Positions 1 through 10,778 of a DNA stretch of 64,000 bases are shown here, one piece after another. Made by a program: the position numbers and the translations under genes. The stretch lies in NCBI GenBank assembly GCA_039818205.1, contig JBCBUK010000011.1, positions 1 to 64,000 of the forward strand. Direction: 5' to 3'. The stretch is from Verrucomicrobiota bacterium (GTDB lineage: Bacteria; Verrucomicrobiota; Verrucomicrobiia; Opitutales; Cerasicoccaceae). Positions within the stretch are counted from its first letter, which is position 1. The number at the start of each line of letters is the position of its first letter. A model generated the notes under the pieces. That model ran no database searches. It saw only the letters and a list, made by a program, of their open reading frames with translations, and was not told where the DNA came from.

Positions 1-32
1 CGACGCCATCGAACTATCGGAGAACTTCCTGA

Positions 33-1148
33 ATGCGTATAGGAATCGTCATTGAGACTCGCTCACAGGTATACCAGGAATTTGGACGCGGAGCATCCGC
101 CTATGTGGGAAAAATTGAGGGTGGATTGGAACTCATCTCTGTTTTTTCGCACTATTCGAGGTCGCTGATCGAGTCTGAGTTGGATGGTCTGGTCATTGTT
201 TCGAGAGATTCATTCAGGCGTATTGCATCCGTAAATCTGCCAGTTCTTTTCGTTGATCGGCGTTCGATACCGCAACAGCGGACAGCCTTGAATTTTGCGG
301 ATCAAATGATTGGTGAAATAGGGGCCGAGTATTTCATCGAACGGGGGTTTGAGAATCTTGCCTTCTGCTATCATGATCAAAAGCAGCCAAAGCGTGACCA
401 GCGACGCATGGATGGTTTGAAAAAGGCTATAGCCGCGGCGGAGATTGGATTGCCGGAACCAAACTGTTTTGCCGTTAGCGACAAGGCGAGTCTTGCCCGT
501 TGGATTTTATCGATCTCAAAGCCGTTGGGCATTCTCTGCAGTGACGACTCTTTAGCAGCGGATATAATTCAGATCTGTGCCACCGAGGATATTAACGTTC
601 CACAGACTGTTTCGGTTCTCGGGGTTGGCAATGACGACCTTATCTGTAGCTTGAGCGAACCAGCGATTAGTAGTATTGACGTGGCAGCGGACCGACTAGG
701 GTATCTTGCTGTTCAAACAATCCATGAGCATTTACTTGGGAAGCGAACGCTGGGACATCCTATGGAGATTCTTCCTCGTGGTATTGTTGAGCGTGGATCG
801 ACGGACGTTTTTCCAGTTTCCGATCTTTTTGTACGCGGTGCCTTGCGATTTATTCACGATAAGATTCCGCATGCGATTCAGGTTGGAGATATTTGCGAGC
901 ATCTTAGAATCAGCCGTCGGAGTCTGGAGAAGCGATTCAAGTCCTCACTAGGCACAACGATCAACGCCTACATGCAAAAAACCAAATTGGACGAGGTCAA
1001 ACGGCTGCTTCGTGATACGGACTTCACGCTGGACCAGATTTGCACGCGGGTGGGATATCAGTCGTCTCGAAGTCTCTGCCGCGCCTTTAATTCATCGACT
1101 TCAAAAACCCCGACCCAATACCGTGAGGAATTTGCGAAACTCGGATAG
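33..1148 (+). CDS. XylR-type transcriptional regulator (periplasmic-binding-like sensor domain + C-terminal AraC HTH)
   Basis: LacI-like ligand domain (VPQTVSVLGVGNDDLIC..PAISSID) then AraC double HTH (ISRRSLEKRFK..LLRDTDFTLDQICTRVGY..TPTQYR). Confidence 0.85.
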   Translation: MRIGIVIETRSQVYQEFGRGASAYVGKIEGGLELISVFSHYSRSLIESELDGLVIVSRDSFRRIASVNLPVLFVDRRSIPQQRTALNFADQMIGEIGAEYFIERGFENLAFCYHDQKQPKRDQRRMDGLKKAIAAAEIGLPEPNCFAVSDKASLARWILSISKPLGILCSDDSLAADIIQICATEDINVPQTVSVLGVGNDDLICSLSEPAISSIDVAADRLGYLAVQTIHEHLLGKRTLGHPMEILPRGIVERGSTDVFPVSDLFVRGALRFIHDKIPHAIQVGDICEHLRISRRSLEKRFKSSLGTTINAYMQKTKLDEVKRLLRDTDFTLDQICTRVGYQSSRSLCRAFNSSTSKTPTQYREEFAKLG

Positions 1149-1280
1149 AGTTGAAACCAATTACGTCGGTGGAAACACGATCGAACGTTCCGCAAACGCT
1201 GGAAGAAGGTAGCCATTGAAACTTGAGTTGGTGATCTTTTTTCATGGCCATTAGAGGTGAATTCGTCATAAATACAATTT

Positions 1281-2144
1281 ATGAAATTTCCCCGATTGCT
1301 TGATCTGGTTCTATTCGCATGTTTGCCCGTCTGCCTCATCGCTGACGACGTGGCTCTTCCTGAAAATGCGGTTAAAAAGACCGGCGTGCCGATTGAAACT
1401 GAGGCTGCTCAACACAAGGCTAAGGAATCGAAGCAGGCAGCGGCGGTCGAACTGAAGTCAGTGATTCAGCCCCGAACGCTCGGTGCTTATTGGGTCTACG
1501 CGAGCGTTCTTTTTGAGGAGGGTAAGGAAGAGCCGTTTGGCTCAAATCGCGAAGACGTTATTGAGGTGAAAGAAATCGACGGCGTTTCCTGCTATCAAAT
1601 CAAGTTGACGTTGGATTGGCGCAATCTGATCGATCGTTTGGCCGGAGCAAAGTTGACCGAGGATGACTACGACTACTTTTGGGAGTATTTTGATGAAAAT
1701 GGCAGTTACGACTGTTCCGATTGGGTTGATGATCGCCCGCCCAATCCAAATTCGCTCAAGGATTTTAATCTCACTCTCCCATATCCGACGGAGAAAGGGC
1801 ACACTTACTCGTTCGACGACGAGCATTGGGAGGTTCTGGAGACCAATGCCGCAATCAAGACTTCAGCAGGTGAGTTCAACTGCGTTGTCTATGAGCTCTC
1901 CTATGTTGAAGACGGAGTTGCGTCCCGAGAACGGTTTTCACTTTCACCGGGTGTTGGCCTTGTTCGGTGGGAACTGGAGAACAAGATCGATGGTAAATGG
2001 CAGCCAGACATGCGAGACGACCTCATAAAATACAGTCTTGGACCGAAAAGTATCGATAAAGACAAAGGAGGTAAAAAGGGCGCAAAGAAGCCTGATTCCA
2101 AAAAGGAAGAAGCTTCGGAGAAAGATACGCTCGATGAAGCCTAG
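1281..2144 (+). CDS. Hypothetical exported protein
   Basis: 287 aa ORF, signal-like N-terminus, acidic beta-rich body (TSAGEFNC..PGVGLVRWE), Lys-rich tail. Confidence 0.6.
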   Translation: MKFPRLLDLVLFACLPVCLIADDVALPENAVKKTGVPIETEAAQHKAKESKQAAAVELKSVIQPRTLGAYWVYASVLFEEGKEEPFGSNREDVIEVKEIDGVSCYQIKLTLDWRNLIDRLAGAKLTEDDYDYFWEYFDENGSYDCSDWVDDRPPNPNSLKDFNLTLPYPTEKGHTYSFDDEHWEVLETNAAIKTSAGEFNCVVYELSYVEDGVASRERFSLSPGVGLVRWELENKIDGKWQPDMRDDLIKYSLGPKSIDKDKGGKKGAKKPDSKKEEASEKDTLDEA

Positions 2145-2366
2145 CGAGGTATCTGGACTCGACGCATAGCGTTCGGTCGATACCGGCTAGCGATTCCTGG
2201 TTTGCTCGATACAACCGTTTGTCCTCTTGGTTTTCCGATTGGGCAAAGCAATTACTATCTTTTGGCCAATAGGCTGGGATTTCGTTTCGTGGTAGTCTGA
2301 AGTTTGAAGTTGATATTCAGCCCGCCATCATTACTCGAGCCCCCTCCGCGATTTCGCACTCTTTCT

Positions 2367-4262
2367 ATGAAACCTCGCTCACTAGTGGAATACCTCATTG
2401 TGGTGTCGACCGCAGTCATCGCTTTGGCGATCAGCGTCCATGCAGCCAACAAGCAACCAAATATTCTTTGGATTATTACGGATGACCAACGCGCCGACTC
2501 GCTTGCATGCTTCAATGTGGCCGATATTGGCCAAACGGAAAGTCGGCTTGGATATGTTCATTCGCCCAATATTGATCGTTTGGCAGACAGTGGAGTCATC
2601 TTTACTCGGGCATACTGTAATTCGCCGGTTTGCGGTGCCACTCGAGCCTCAATGCATATGGGGTCGTATCCGCACCGCACGGGCCGATATGCGTTTGAGC
2701 GTTCCCACCAAAAAGCCGACATCAGCCGAGTTACCGTTCCGCAGGTGATGCGCGACCTTGGATACTCGACGGCGAGCTTTGGAAAGTCCGGCCACCTGAT
2801 ACAAGGCGATCTATATGAAGCCGAGGTCGACATGTCAGCACTCTCGAAACATGGTCTCACGGATTTTTCTAAGCGTTCAAAACGCAAACCAGGGGTCTGG
2901 TCGATTGACGGGGTTATTTTTAATGAAGAAAGCTTTCACTTGCCCGACGGTTCCAAGGAGACGTTTTACAGCCACAAAGCCGACGGATTTTCACCCGAGG
3001 AGCAGAAACAGAAAGACTACGTAGAGGGTAAATATGAGGTGCTTCGTGCTTACACCCGCCAGCTCGCTACCCTGATCGTTGGTGGAGAAAGTTCTCAACC
3101 GCCAGAAAAGACCCTCGATGGAGAGATTCTGAATGCATTTCAAACCTATCTAAAGCACCCCGGCAGCTCCTACGAAACGAGTTGGGGTGAAGAGTTGCAG
3201 GGGCCATCCCCGGAAAAGCCAACCTTTGTTCACCTCAGCTTTCACCTCCCGCACACGCCTGTGCTGCCACCACGAGAGTTTCGGGAAATCTTCGCTGATA
3301 AAGTCTACGATATTCCGGCATTTTCGAAATCCGAGATGACGCGTATGCCCGAATGGGTCGAAAATCTGTCCATCAAAATGAATTTTGTGGATATGACCCT
3401 TGAAGACCAGCAGCAGGCCATTCGCGACTATTATGCCTTCTGTGCGTTCGGGGACTATCTAATCGGCGAGGCTGTTGAGCAGTTCCAAGCCTTCAGCGAA
3501 GCACAAGGGCGTGATTGGCTGATTGTCTATGTTGCGGGTGACCACGGCTGGCACTTGGGAGAGCAGGGGATGCACGCAAAATTTGCCCCGTGGTTGTCTT
3601 CCACCAGAGGAGCGGTTGTCCTGGCTGCGTCGGATCAGTCGATGTTTCCTGCGGGGGTTGTCTCCGACAAGAATGTCGAATATGTTGATTTTGCGACCAC
3701 TTTTTACAAGGTGGGAGGGCTTCAAGGAGCGACAGACAAATACCCTTTTCTGGATGGGATTCCCCTGGATGAAACCCTGAATGGAGAATCCCCAGAGCGC
3801 CCATACGTCTGGGCAGAGCTGAACCATGTAACCGGTCCATGGGCCTCAATGCGGACCGAAGACTTCATGTTTGGGATGAAAACTCGGCCGTTCTACAACT
3901 ATCCGCCAGCTTATCAGCCAAATGAGCGAGTTCGCTGGGCTCTGGATACCCCAATCAAAAATGTTCAGCCCATTCTTTACGACCTGCGCGTTGATGAGAG
4001 CGAACGCGTTAATTTAGCGGAGGCTCCTGAATACAAGGAGCTCGTCGAATGGTTTCGTCAGAAGGTCGGGAACATTGCGTTGGGAGATGGCCGAGTGGAG
4101 GTCAACTGGAAAGCAGACAACGAATATGCTATCAGTGAATTTGCGCTCGGAGCGGACGACAAGCAATTGGACATTCCAGAGGGGTTTATTCCTGGTCCCG
4201 AATACGCACAGCTGATTTATAAGCGAGAATTTGATGAAATGATGAGCACGCCTTTGGAATGA
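2367..4262 (+). CDS. Sulfatase-like hydrolase (formylglycine-dependent family)
   Basis: Signal peptide, KQPNILWIITDDQR, SPVCGATRAS (CxAxR), GK, PHTP, GDHGWHLGE; ATG at 2367 preferred to TTG 2304. Confidence 0.88.
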   Translation: MKPRSLVEYLIVVSTAVIALAISVHAANKQPNILWIITDDQRADSLACFNVADIGQTESRLGYVHSPNIDRLADSGVIFTRAYCNSPVCGATRASMHMGSYPHRTGRYAFERSHQKADISRVTVPQVMRDLGYSTASFGKSGHLIQGDLYEAEVDMSALSKHGLTDFSKRSKRKPGVWSIDGVIFNEESFHLPDGSKETFYSHKADGFSPEEQKQKDYVEGKYEVLRAYTRQLATLIVGGESSQPPEKTLDGEILNAFQTYLKHPGSSYETSWGEELQGPSPEKPTFVHLSFHLPHTPVLPPREFREIFADKVYDIPAFSKSEMTRMPEWVENLSIKMNFVDMTLEDQQQAIRDYYAFCAFGDYLIGEAVEQFQAFSEAQGRDWLIVYVAGDHGWHLGEQGMHAKFAPWLSSTRGAVVLAASDQSMFPAGVVSDKNVEYVDFATTFYKVGGLQGATDKYPFLDGIPLDETLNGESPERPYVWAELNHVTGPWASMRTEDFMFGMKTRPFYNYPPAYQPNERVRWALDTPIKNVQPILYDLRVDESERVNLAEAPEYKELVEWFRQKVGNIALGDGRVEVNWKADNEYAISEFALGADDKQLDIPEGFIPGPEYAQLIYKREFDEMMSTPLE

Positions 4263-4489
4263 TATTTATGGGAACCGACCAATCGCAGTATGCCAATTGG
4301 CAATCCGGCATAGCCATGGAATTAACAATTTTTTGTCGGGCTAGCACGTGCAATCTCAGGCCTTTGTCTCCCAGTCTCCAATCCGGATTACCGATTTCCA
4401 TACAGCAACCTAACGTATCTATCTCGGATAGAATGGCTTACGTATTTTAATGGACGATTTAATATTTGAGTCCAATATTTTCGCGCCAG

Positions 4490-4519
4490 TTGACTTTGAT
4501 TGGTCGCTAGTGATATAAT
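4490..4519 (+). promoter_or_regulatory. Sigma70-type promoter upstream of the DUF1552 operon
   Basis: TTGACT (4490-4495), 18-bp spacer, extended -10 TGaTATAAT (4511-4519). Confidence 0.55.
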
Positions 4520-4577
4520 AAAAGCTGTTCGTATCGATAAGTTCGTCTCTAGAAATTAACTCTAAATACCCTACGTG

Positions 4578-5849
4578 ATGCCCAAGTCATTAGATCGCCG
4601 TACTTTTTTAAGAGGCTCAGGAGTATTACTCGGATTGCCTTTCCTTGAGGCAATGACTCCATTCTCCAAAGCTTTAAACGCGGCTGTTCCGATAAATAGC
4701 GCCAAAAGCCCAACTCGGATGATGTGTATTGGCGTGCACTTGAGCATGCACCCCGATTCATTCCAGCCCAAGGGCTCGGGCCGCGACTACAAGCTCACCC
4801 GCCTGTTGGAGCCAATCGCGCATTTGAAGGATGACTTCTCCTTGTTTACGAACATTGACCACCCGTCGATTAAGGGAGGGCACAAGGCTTCTTACACGTT
4901 CTTGACCGGTCTGAAGGAGAAAGCGATTTCGGTCGACCAGATGGCGGCCCAACGGGTCGGAAAGCAAACCCGCTATGCGTCACTCCAGTTGTCGACGGGG
5001 CCTCAGGGCATGTCGGAGCCAATCCATTTTCTTTCCCGCTCGAAGAGCGGTGTTGGTTTACCCGCAGAATATCGTGCCGATGTGATGTTCCGCCGTCTGT
5101 TCATTGACGGTGGCTCCGCCAACGCAGAGAAGGCAAAATACGTGCTCGAAACCCAGGGCAGTATTCTCGACCTCGTCATGGAGGATGCCAGTAGCTTTAA
5201 AAAGAGTCTCGGGCAGCGTGATATCGAGAAACTCGATGAATATTTCACCTCGGTTCGCGAGGTCGAGAAAGACGTAATGAAAAGACGTGAGTTCCTCGAC
5301 AAACCGAAGCCTAAGGTTGAGGAAGTCGAGGTCGGGACGACGTTCCATGAAAACATGGAGGCACTCTTGAAGATTGCGTTCCTTGCGATGCAGACTGATA
5401 TGACGCGCGTCATCAGCATGACCATGCCTGGTCGCGGAACCTTCCCAATTGTTGCCGACGGCTTCCGCGGTATGGGGTATCACTACCAATCCCACCATGG
5501 AATGGAAGAGCGCAAGCTCCAGGCGCTCTTGAAGATCGAGCATTTGCACATGGTTGAGCTGGGCAAGTTCCTGGATCGCCTGAAGAACACCGAAGACGTT
5601 AATGGCTCCTCGATGCTAGATAACACAATGGTTTTGTTTGGTAGCGGTTTGGGCAACGGATCGTCGCATTCCTGCCGACAACTTCCGGTGATGCTGGCTG
5701 GGGGCGGGTTGAAGCATGGTCAATGTATTCGCGCGGATGGAAGTGCGCCATTGAGCAATCTATATGTTTCGATGCTGCAGCGAATGGGAGTCGACACCGA
5801 TCGGTTTGCCGACAGCCGTGGCAATTTCAATAACGAACTCGGCGTTTAG
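4578..5849 (+). CDS. DUF1552 family protein (Tat-exported)
   Basis: RRTFLRG..LPFLEAM Tat signal; ISVDQ, LDEYFTSVREVE, AMQTDMTRV, YHYQSHH, GSGLGNGSSHS..LP, PLSNL. Confidence 0.9.
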   Translation: MPKSLDRRTFLRGSGVLLGLPFLEAMTPFSKALNAAVPINSAKSPTRMMCIGVHLSMHPDSFQPKGSGRDYKLTRLLEPIAHLKDDFSLFTNIDHPSIKGGHKASYTFLTGLKEKAISVDQMAAQRVGKQTRYASLQLSTGPQGMSEPIHFLSRSKSGVGLPAEYRADVMFRRLFIDGGSANAEKAKYVLETQGSILDLVMEDASSFKKSLGQRDIEKLDEYFTSVREVEKDVMKRREFLDKPKPKVEEVEVGTTFHENMEALLKIAFLAMQTDMTRVISMTMPGRGTFPIVADGFRGMGYHYQSHHGMEERKLQALLKIEHLHMVELGKFLDRLKNTEDVNGSSMLDNTMVLFGSGLGNGSSHSCRQLPVMLAGGGLKHGQCIRADGSAPLSNLYVSMLQRMGVDTDRFADSRGNFNNELGV

Positions 5850-5855
5850 AAGCTA

Positions 5856-8366
5856 ATGAGTATAGCAAAGATTTTGCTGCTCCGCCGACGATTCGCTGGT
5901 GCGTTCGCTCTGACTGCCTTGGCCAGCGTAGGCCTTACCTTGCCCGGTTGTGGCGGCGGTGCCGATTCTTCCGCCGACAATGCTGGCGCCGCCGAGGAAG
6001 AGTCGAAGGTCGTGATGGAGCTTGATGCTGTCGATGGGGGAACGAATTCGAACGTCGAGCTGGCGGGTGGTCCAACCGATGCGGATGGTGCCTATGATCC
6101 AGTGAAACCGTTTCACCCGGGTCCGATTGAGATTCGCTCGTTCGTCGAGGAGCACTGTTATCGGTGTCATGGCCCAGACAAACAGAAGAATGGCTATCGG
6201 TTCGATACACTGGCCTTCGATCTGAACGATCCAGCGATTGCCTCAGAGTGGGACGATATTTATGTCGCGATCACAACTGGTGAGATGCCCCCCGAGAGTC
6301 GGCCGCAACCCGATCCCGAGCAGCTTCTAACGGTCTCTGATCTTCTGCGCGATAAGCTTCACGAGGCCGCGACGAAGGGCAAAACTGAGGTTTCCGATAC
6401 GAAGCTCAGACGCCTGAATAAGATCGAATACGCGAACACGGTTCGAGATCTCTTGGGTGTCGAGATTACGAATTTGGATGCGATCCCGGAGGAATCTGCG
6501 GAGGACGGATTTGACACCAACAGTGAGAAACTTGTTATCTCGCCCTTGTTGTTGAGTCAGTATCTGGAAGTCGCTCAACAAGTCACCGACCACGCATTTG
6601 TCATCGAACCTCGAACCCTTCATTCCTACCGAATGGGCGATTTCGACTATGGCGAACCGCCGCCCATTCTGAATGAAGACAGGAATATCAAAGCCCGGGT
6701 ACTGAAGACGAAGGGGAGCCATGTATCGGCGCAAATCTCCGTTTTTCCGAAGGAATTCTATGCCACCAGTAGTGGCGAATATGAGGTTGAGATTAAGGCG
6801 ACGATGAAAGGCGAGGTCGATACTGGCACAGCCGTCATTAGCATCATCTATCCTCAATCGAAGAACCTTGGCCTGCCTCAGCCGATTGACGAGTTTCCGT
6901 TGGAAAAAGGGAAGATTCTCACCTACAAGGAAAAGATTAAACTAGAGCAAGGGCAGGGAGTCGCAATCGAGCTCGCCGCTGGTATTTCAGAGAAACGCGA
7001 TCAACTGACAGAAGAGCTGTTGCTTGGCGTGAAATCGATCTCGATTGAGGGTCCGATCATGCCCGAGACACATTTGGAGATCTTTGGAAACAGTGTCGAA
7101 GGCGACGCGAGCTACTCCAATAAGCTATTTGCAGAGTTCATGGAGAAAGCATTTCGTCGGCCGGTCGAATATGAGGTACGGCGGAAATACATGGACCTTG
7201 CATCCAACCGATACAAGGCTGGCGCGACCTTTGTAGAGGCGTGCCAGGCGGCCTTCAGTGCAATTTTGTGTTCTCCTCGATTCCTTTACTTTCACGAGCC
7301 CGAAGAAGAACTGGACGACTACGCGATCGCTTCTCGCTTGTCCTATTTTCTATGGAGTACCATGCCAGACCAAATTCTGATGGATTTGGCCAAGGAAGGC
7401 CGCCTAAAGGATCCACGAATCATTGCCCTTCAGGTGAATCGTATGTTGCAGGATCCGCGATCAGATATGTTCGTGAGCCGCTTCGTCGGTCAATGGCTGG
7501 AGATCGATAAGATTGACGACACGACGCCCGACCCGGCCATTTATCCGAGCTACGACCAGGATCTGGAGGAGGCAATGGTGCGCGAAAGTGAACTCTATTT
7601 TCGTGAGATTCTTCGGGAAAACATGAGCCTTTATTATCTGGTCACGTCGAACTTCAGCATGATGAACGAGCGCCTGGCCAATCACTATGGTGTGCCCAAT
7701 GTGCAGGGAGATGATTTTCGCCGTGTGTCCTTCCAATCCGGTTTGAAACGTGGAGGTGTCATTACCCAAGCGAGTGTTTTGACGACCACAGCGAACGGGA
7801 CGGAAACTTCACCGATCATTCGTGGAAAATGGATTCTGGACAATATTCTGGGGCAACCGCCAACACCGCCACCACCTGACGTGGACCCGATCGAGCCTGA
7901 TACGCGGGGTTCGACGACAATATTTGAGCGTCTGGAAAAACACCGAAAAGTTGAAACCTGCCGGGCCTGTCACGCGAAAATTGATCCTTACGGTTTTGCC
8001 TTGGAGAACTTTGACGCCACGGGGGCTCGTCGTCCGTACTATGGTGGGCAAAAAGTTGAGCTTAAGGAAAATGGCAACATCGAGAAGATCGTGATTCCTA
8101 AACGACAGATTCGCAATCACGCTGCCTTGCCTGACGGAACTGAGATCCGAGATATTGACGGTCTCATCCAGTATATAGGCCAGAATCGCGAGTTCTTTGC
8201 CCGTTGCCTGACTGAGAAGATGGTTGCGTACGCAACTGGGCGACAAATCACCTATCAGGATCGCCCGGAAGTCGATAGCATCGTCGAGGATCTAAATGAA
8301 CGAGGCAATGGCTTGCACGACTTAGTGCTGTTGGTTGCGACGTCTGAATTGTTTCTTAGCAAGTAG
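5856..8366 (+). CDS. Planctomycete-type cytochrome c protein (DUF1587/1595/1592/1588/1585 domains), lipoprotein
   Basis: Lipobox LPGC; haem motifs CYRCH and CRACH; LRRLNKIEYANTVRDLLG; IASRLSYFLWSTMPD; TSPIIRGKWI; paired with DUF1552. Confidence 0.9.
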   Translation: MSIAKILLLRRRFAGAFALTALASVGLTLPGCGGGADSSADNAGAAEEESKVVMELDAVDGGTNSNVELAGGPTDADGAYDPVKPFHPGPIEIRSFVEEHCYRCHGPDKQKNGYRFDTLAFDLNDPAIASEWDDIYVAITTGEMPPESRPQPDPEQLLTVSDLLRDKLHEAATKGKTEVSDTKLRRLNKIEYANTVRDLLGVEITNLDAIPEESAEDGFDTNSEKLVISPLLLSQYLEVAQQVTDHAFVIEPRTLHSYRMGDFDYGEPPPILNEDRNIKARVLKTKGSHVSAQISVFPKEFYATSSGEYEVEIKATMKGEVDTGTAVISIIYPQSKNLGLPQPIDEFPLEKGKILTYKEKIKLEQGQGVAIELAAGISEKRDQLTEELLLGVKSISIEGPIMPETHLEIFGNSVEGDASYSNKLFAEFMEKAFRRPVEYEVRRKYMDLASNRYKAGATFVEACQAAFSAILCSPRFLYFHEPEEELDDYAIASRLSYFLWSTMPDQILMDLAKEGRLKDPRIIALQVNRMLQDPRSDMFVSRFVGQWLEIDKIDDTTPDPAIYPSYDQDLEEAMVRESELYFREILRENMSLYYLVTSNFSMMNERLANHYGVPNVQGDDFRRVSFQSGLKRGGVITQASVLTTTANGTETSPIIRGKWILDNILGQPPTPPPPDVDPIEPDTRGSTTIFERLEKHRKVETCRACHAKIDPYGFALENFDATGARRPYYGGQKVELKENGNIEKIVIPKRQIRNHAALPDGTEIRDIDGLIQYIGQNREFFARCLTEKMVAYATGRQITYQDRPEVDSIVEDLNERGNGLHDLVLLVATSELFLSK

Positions 8367-8390
8367 GTGCCAAAAACCGTTGGTGTTTGG

Positions 8391-9200
8391 CTAATGCTCA
8401 GTATATTTTGCAATTAATTCTTTGATTGTCGCGACTACCGCCGACACTTTTCGTTGGTCCGCAGCATCGGGATGCGGCGAGGAGAACCTTCGTTGATCAT
8501 TGTCAAAATACTTGCCCGAGGCGTCGGCGAACTCATCGCTGAGCGCAGCTTTAATTAAAATATCTGCGCCTACTTTGAGGTCGCCTCCCGCAACTCCAAA
8601 GGCATCTTTGACCATCTTGCTTCCGAGCATTGAGGCTGGATTTACCGCGACAAAGGTAGGGCCATCTGGATGGTCGAGCGCCAGCTGCTGGTTCCACATG
8701 GTAATCGCCAGCTTGCTTTGTGAGTAGGCCTCCATAGGTGGCAATTCAAGGTCACCGCTTAATGCACGAAGGTCCACCGTGGATTGTGCAGCCGACGAAA
8801 GATTGATTACGCGGCTACTGCCTTTAAAAATTGGAAACAATTGAGTGGCGAGTAAGTAGGGGGCAATTGTGTTGACGACAAATCGAATATCGAGCCCGTC
8901 TTTCGTGATGGGCTGATTCGTCTGGAGAACACCCGCGTTGTTGATCAGTACATCAATTGTCGCATGATTCGAAGCGACGTTTTTTGCAAGCGCGACTACC
9001 TGGGATAGATCTGATAGATCGGCTACATAGCTTTCAACCAAAGCATCTTTAGCGACTAGAGCAAGGGAAGCGGTTATCTCTTCGAGCTTCTGTGGGTTTC
9101 GCCCATGGAGCAATACTTGGTGCCCACCAGCCACCAATGCCTTTGCGGTTTCTAGTCCGATGCCGTCGGTAGCGCCGGTCAGCAAGATCGATTTACGCAT
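8391..9200 (-). CDS. SDR family oxidoreductase
   Basis: TGATDGIG, NNAG, LSS, YSQSK (YxxxK). Confidence 0.9.
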   Translation of the reverse strand: MRKSILLTGATDGIGLETAKALVAGGHQVLLHGRNPQKLEEITASLALVAKDALVESYVADLSDLSQVVALAKNVASNHATIDVLINNAGVLQTNQPITKDGLDIRFVVNTIAPYLLATQLFPIFKGSSRVINLSSAAQSTVDLRALSGDLELPPMEAYSQSKLAITMWNQQLALDHPDGPTFVAVNPASMLGSKMVKDAFGVAGGDLKVGADILIKAALSDEFADASGKYFDNDQRRFSSPHPDAADQRKVSAVVATIKELIAKYTEH

Positions 9201-9212
9201 GTTCGTCTGATA

Positions 9213-9479
9213 CTATTGATCCTCGCTGTGGTCGAGGTCTTCTAGCACAATTCGAGTTGCGAGTTTTACTTCGATCGTGGACTCATCGCTGTTTTGCCGG
9301 CCAAAAACCGAGGCGAGAACGCCCGTTCGGTCGACGTGCACGTTCCGAAAAGTGATACCGATATCCACGGCGCCTTTGAGCTTCCTATTGCTTTCTCCTA
9401 CCGAGATTACGTCGCGAACGGCTTGGTCAAAGATCGTAGAAATATCGGCGGCGGGAATCTCTGCTTTCTGTTTGCTCAT
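9213..9479 (-). CDS. Hypothetical small protein (helix + beta-hairpin, Trypco-like pattern)
   Basis: Third ORF of a tightly spaced minus-strand run; start either GTG 9569 or ATG 9479. Confidence 0.55.
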   Translation of the reverse strand: MSKQKAEIPAADISTIFDQAVRDVISVGESNRKLKGAVDIGITFRNVHVDRTGVLASVFGRQNSDESTIEVKLATRIVLEDLDHSEDQ

Positions 9480-9580
9480 AGCTTCGTTTCCTTGGTTTCT
9501 TGCACCTCTAGGCTGAAGAGGTGTCCGCCTCTTCGGCTTTGGCGCGGTAGTGCGGTTTCGTCTCGGCACAAAAGTTGTTT

Positions 9581-10048
9581 TTACTTGGTTTCACCAACCG
9601 AGGCGGTGGTCTCCTCCTCACCAGCGGAATCATAAACCTCGATATCGAGGTCGGTATTGATTGAGCCGACTAGTTTAAGCGAGTAGCCCTCGTTGCTTTC
9701 CGTTAAGTAGAGCTTCTCGGATAGCGGCTCAAGGTTACAGCGTAAGGAGACATCGAATGCGACTGAACCGGCAATCAAGGCCCGGGCTTGGTTTGGCCCT
9801 ACGTCCGCAGAATCCCGGCTAACGCGACTCAACGACTTCTGTAGGGCAACGAGAAAGGTGTCGACCGATGGTAGCCGGGCCTCAGCGGGTAGCTCACGAC
9901 TCGATTCATCCCGGGCAACTTCCTTCAATCGTGAGAGAATTGATTTCAGAGATTCTTTGTCACTGTCGTTCAACAGATCGTCTTCATTGACCTGACCACG
10001 AATGGCGGCCAATGCCGATTCAATTGCCTTAAAGTAGTCGCTAGCCAC
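9581..10048 (-). CDS. Hypothetical protein
   Basis: 155 aa ORF with operon-like spacing; helical N-half, beta C-half. Confidence 0.6.
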   Translation of the reverse strand: MASDYFKAIESALAAIRGQVNEDDLLNDSDKESLKSILSRLKEVARDESSRELPAEARLPSVDTFLVALQKSLSRVSRDSADVGPNQARALIAGSVAFDVSLRCNLEPLSEKLYLTESNEGYSLKLVGSINTDLDIEVYDSAGEEETTASVGETK

Positions 10049-10076
10049 CGATCAATATCTCCAATCGAAATTTTAG

Positions 10077-10601
10077 TTAGGAAGGATCCGAAGGAAGTGG
10101 CTCGGACGCGGTCGACAGCCGTTCAACGGCAAGCGTGAGCGTTGCCGGGTCAGTCACATCGACTCCGAGATCGCTGAGGTATTCTTCGAGCGTAACTTCC
10201 TGATCATTGGAAAGCGCATAATTGGCCCGCGCTTGCAAAGTGCTTTCCGAAGCACTTTCCGAAACGAAACCAAAGTTGCCGGAGGCCTGAACGAGGCTGG
10301 TGCCTAAACCAAGTTCGATTCCTCCCGAGAAACGGTTGAGAGAAGAAATCCTCATTCCGATGCCGATTGAGATTTGCGCGGACAATTTCCAAACTGGAGC
10401 TAGCTGGAGATGTTTAGCGATGATATTGTTATTCTGAGTTGTAATGGCGTCATCGGCGCTTGGGTTCTCAACCAATAGGCGTTGAATGTCCTTGAGCCAT
10501 TTGATCCATACACGGCGTTGTTGGGAGGCGGCATCGACTACGGCTTCAGTCGGCGCCGCGAAAAGAACTGTAATCGCATCTACGACATCGTTATTTTTCA
10601 T
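10077..10601 (-). CDS. Hypothetical protein (DUF2589-like architecture)
   Basis: N-terminal LFAAPTEAVVDA helix, then long Ser/Gly-rich amphipathic beta segment; AT-rich upstream region. Confidence 0.6.
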   Translation of the reverse strand: MKNNDVVDAITVLFAAPTEAVVDAASQQRRVWIKWLKDIQRLLVENPSADDAITTQNNNIIAKHLQLAPVWKLSAQISIGIGMRISSLNRFSGGIELGLGTSLVQASGNFGFVSESASESTLQARANYALSNDQEVTLEEYLSDLGVDVTDPATLTLAVERLSTASEPLPSDPS

Positions 10602-10778
10602 AGTAGCTAGGTCTTTGGGTTGGAATCACCAGATCGCATAGTCACTAATTGGAATGGACTGATAATGTCAATATTTACCCGAATATTGATGCTTTTGAGC
10701 AAATGTAAAATTCGATGTAAATACTGGCTGATCGCTAATATTCTGAAATTTGGGCGAGAATCGTTCGTCTAAATCTTT

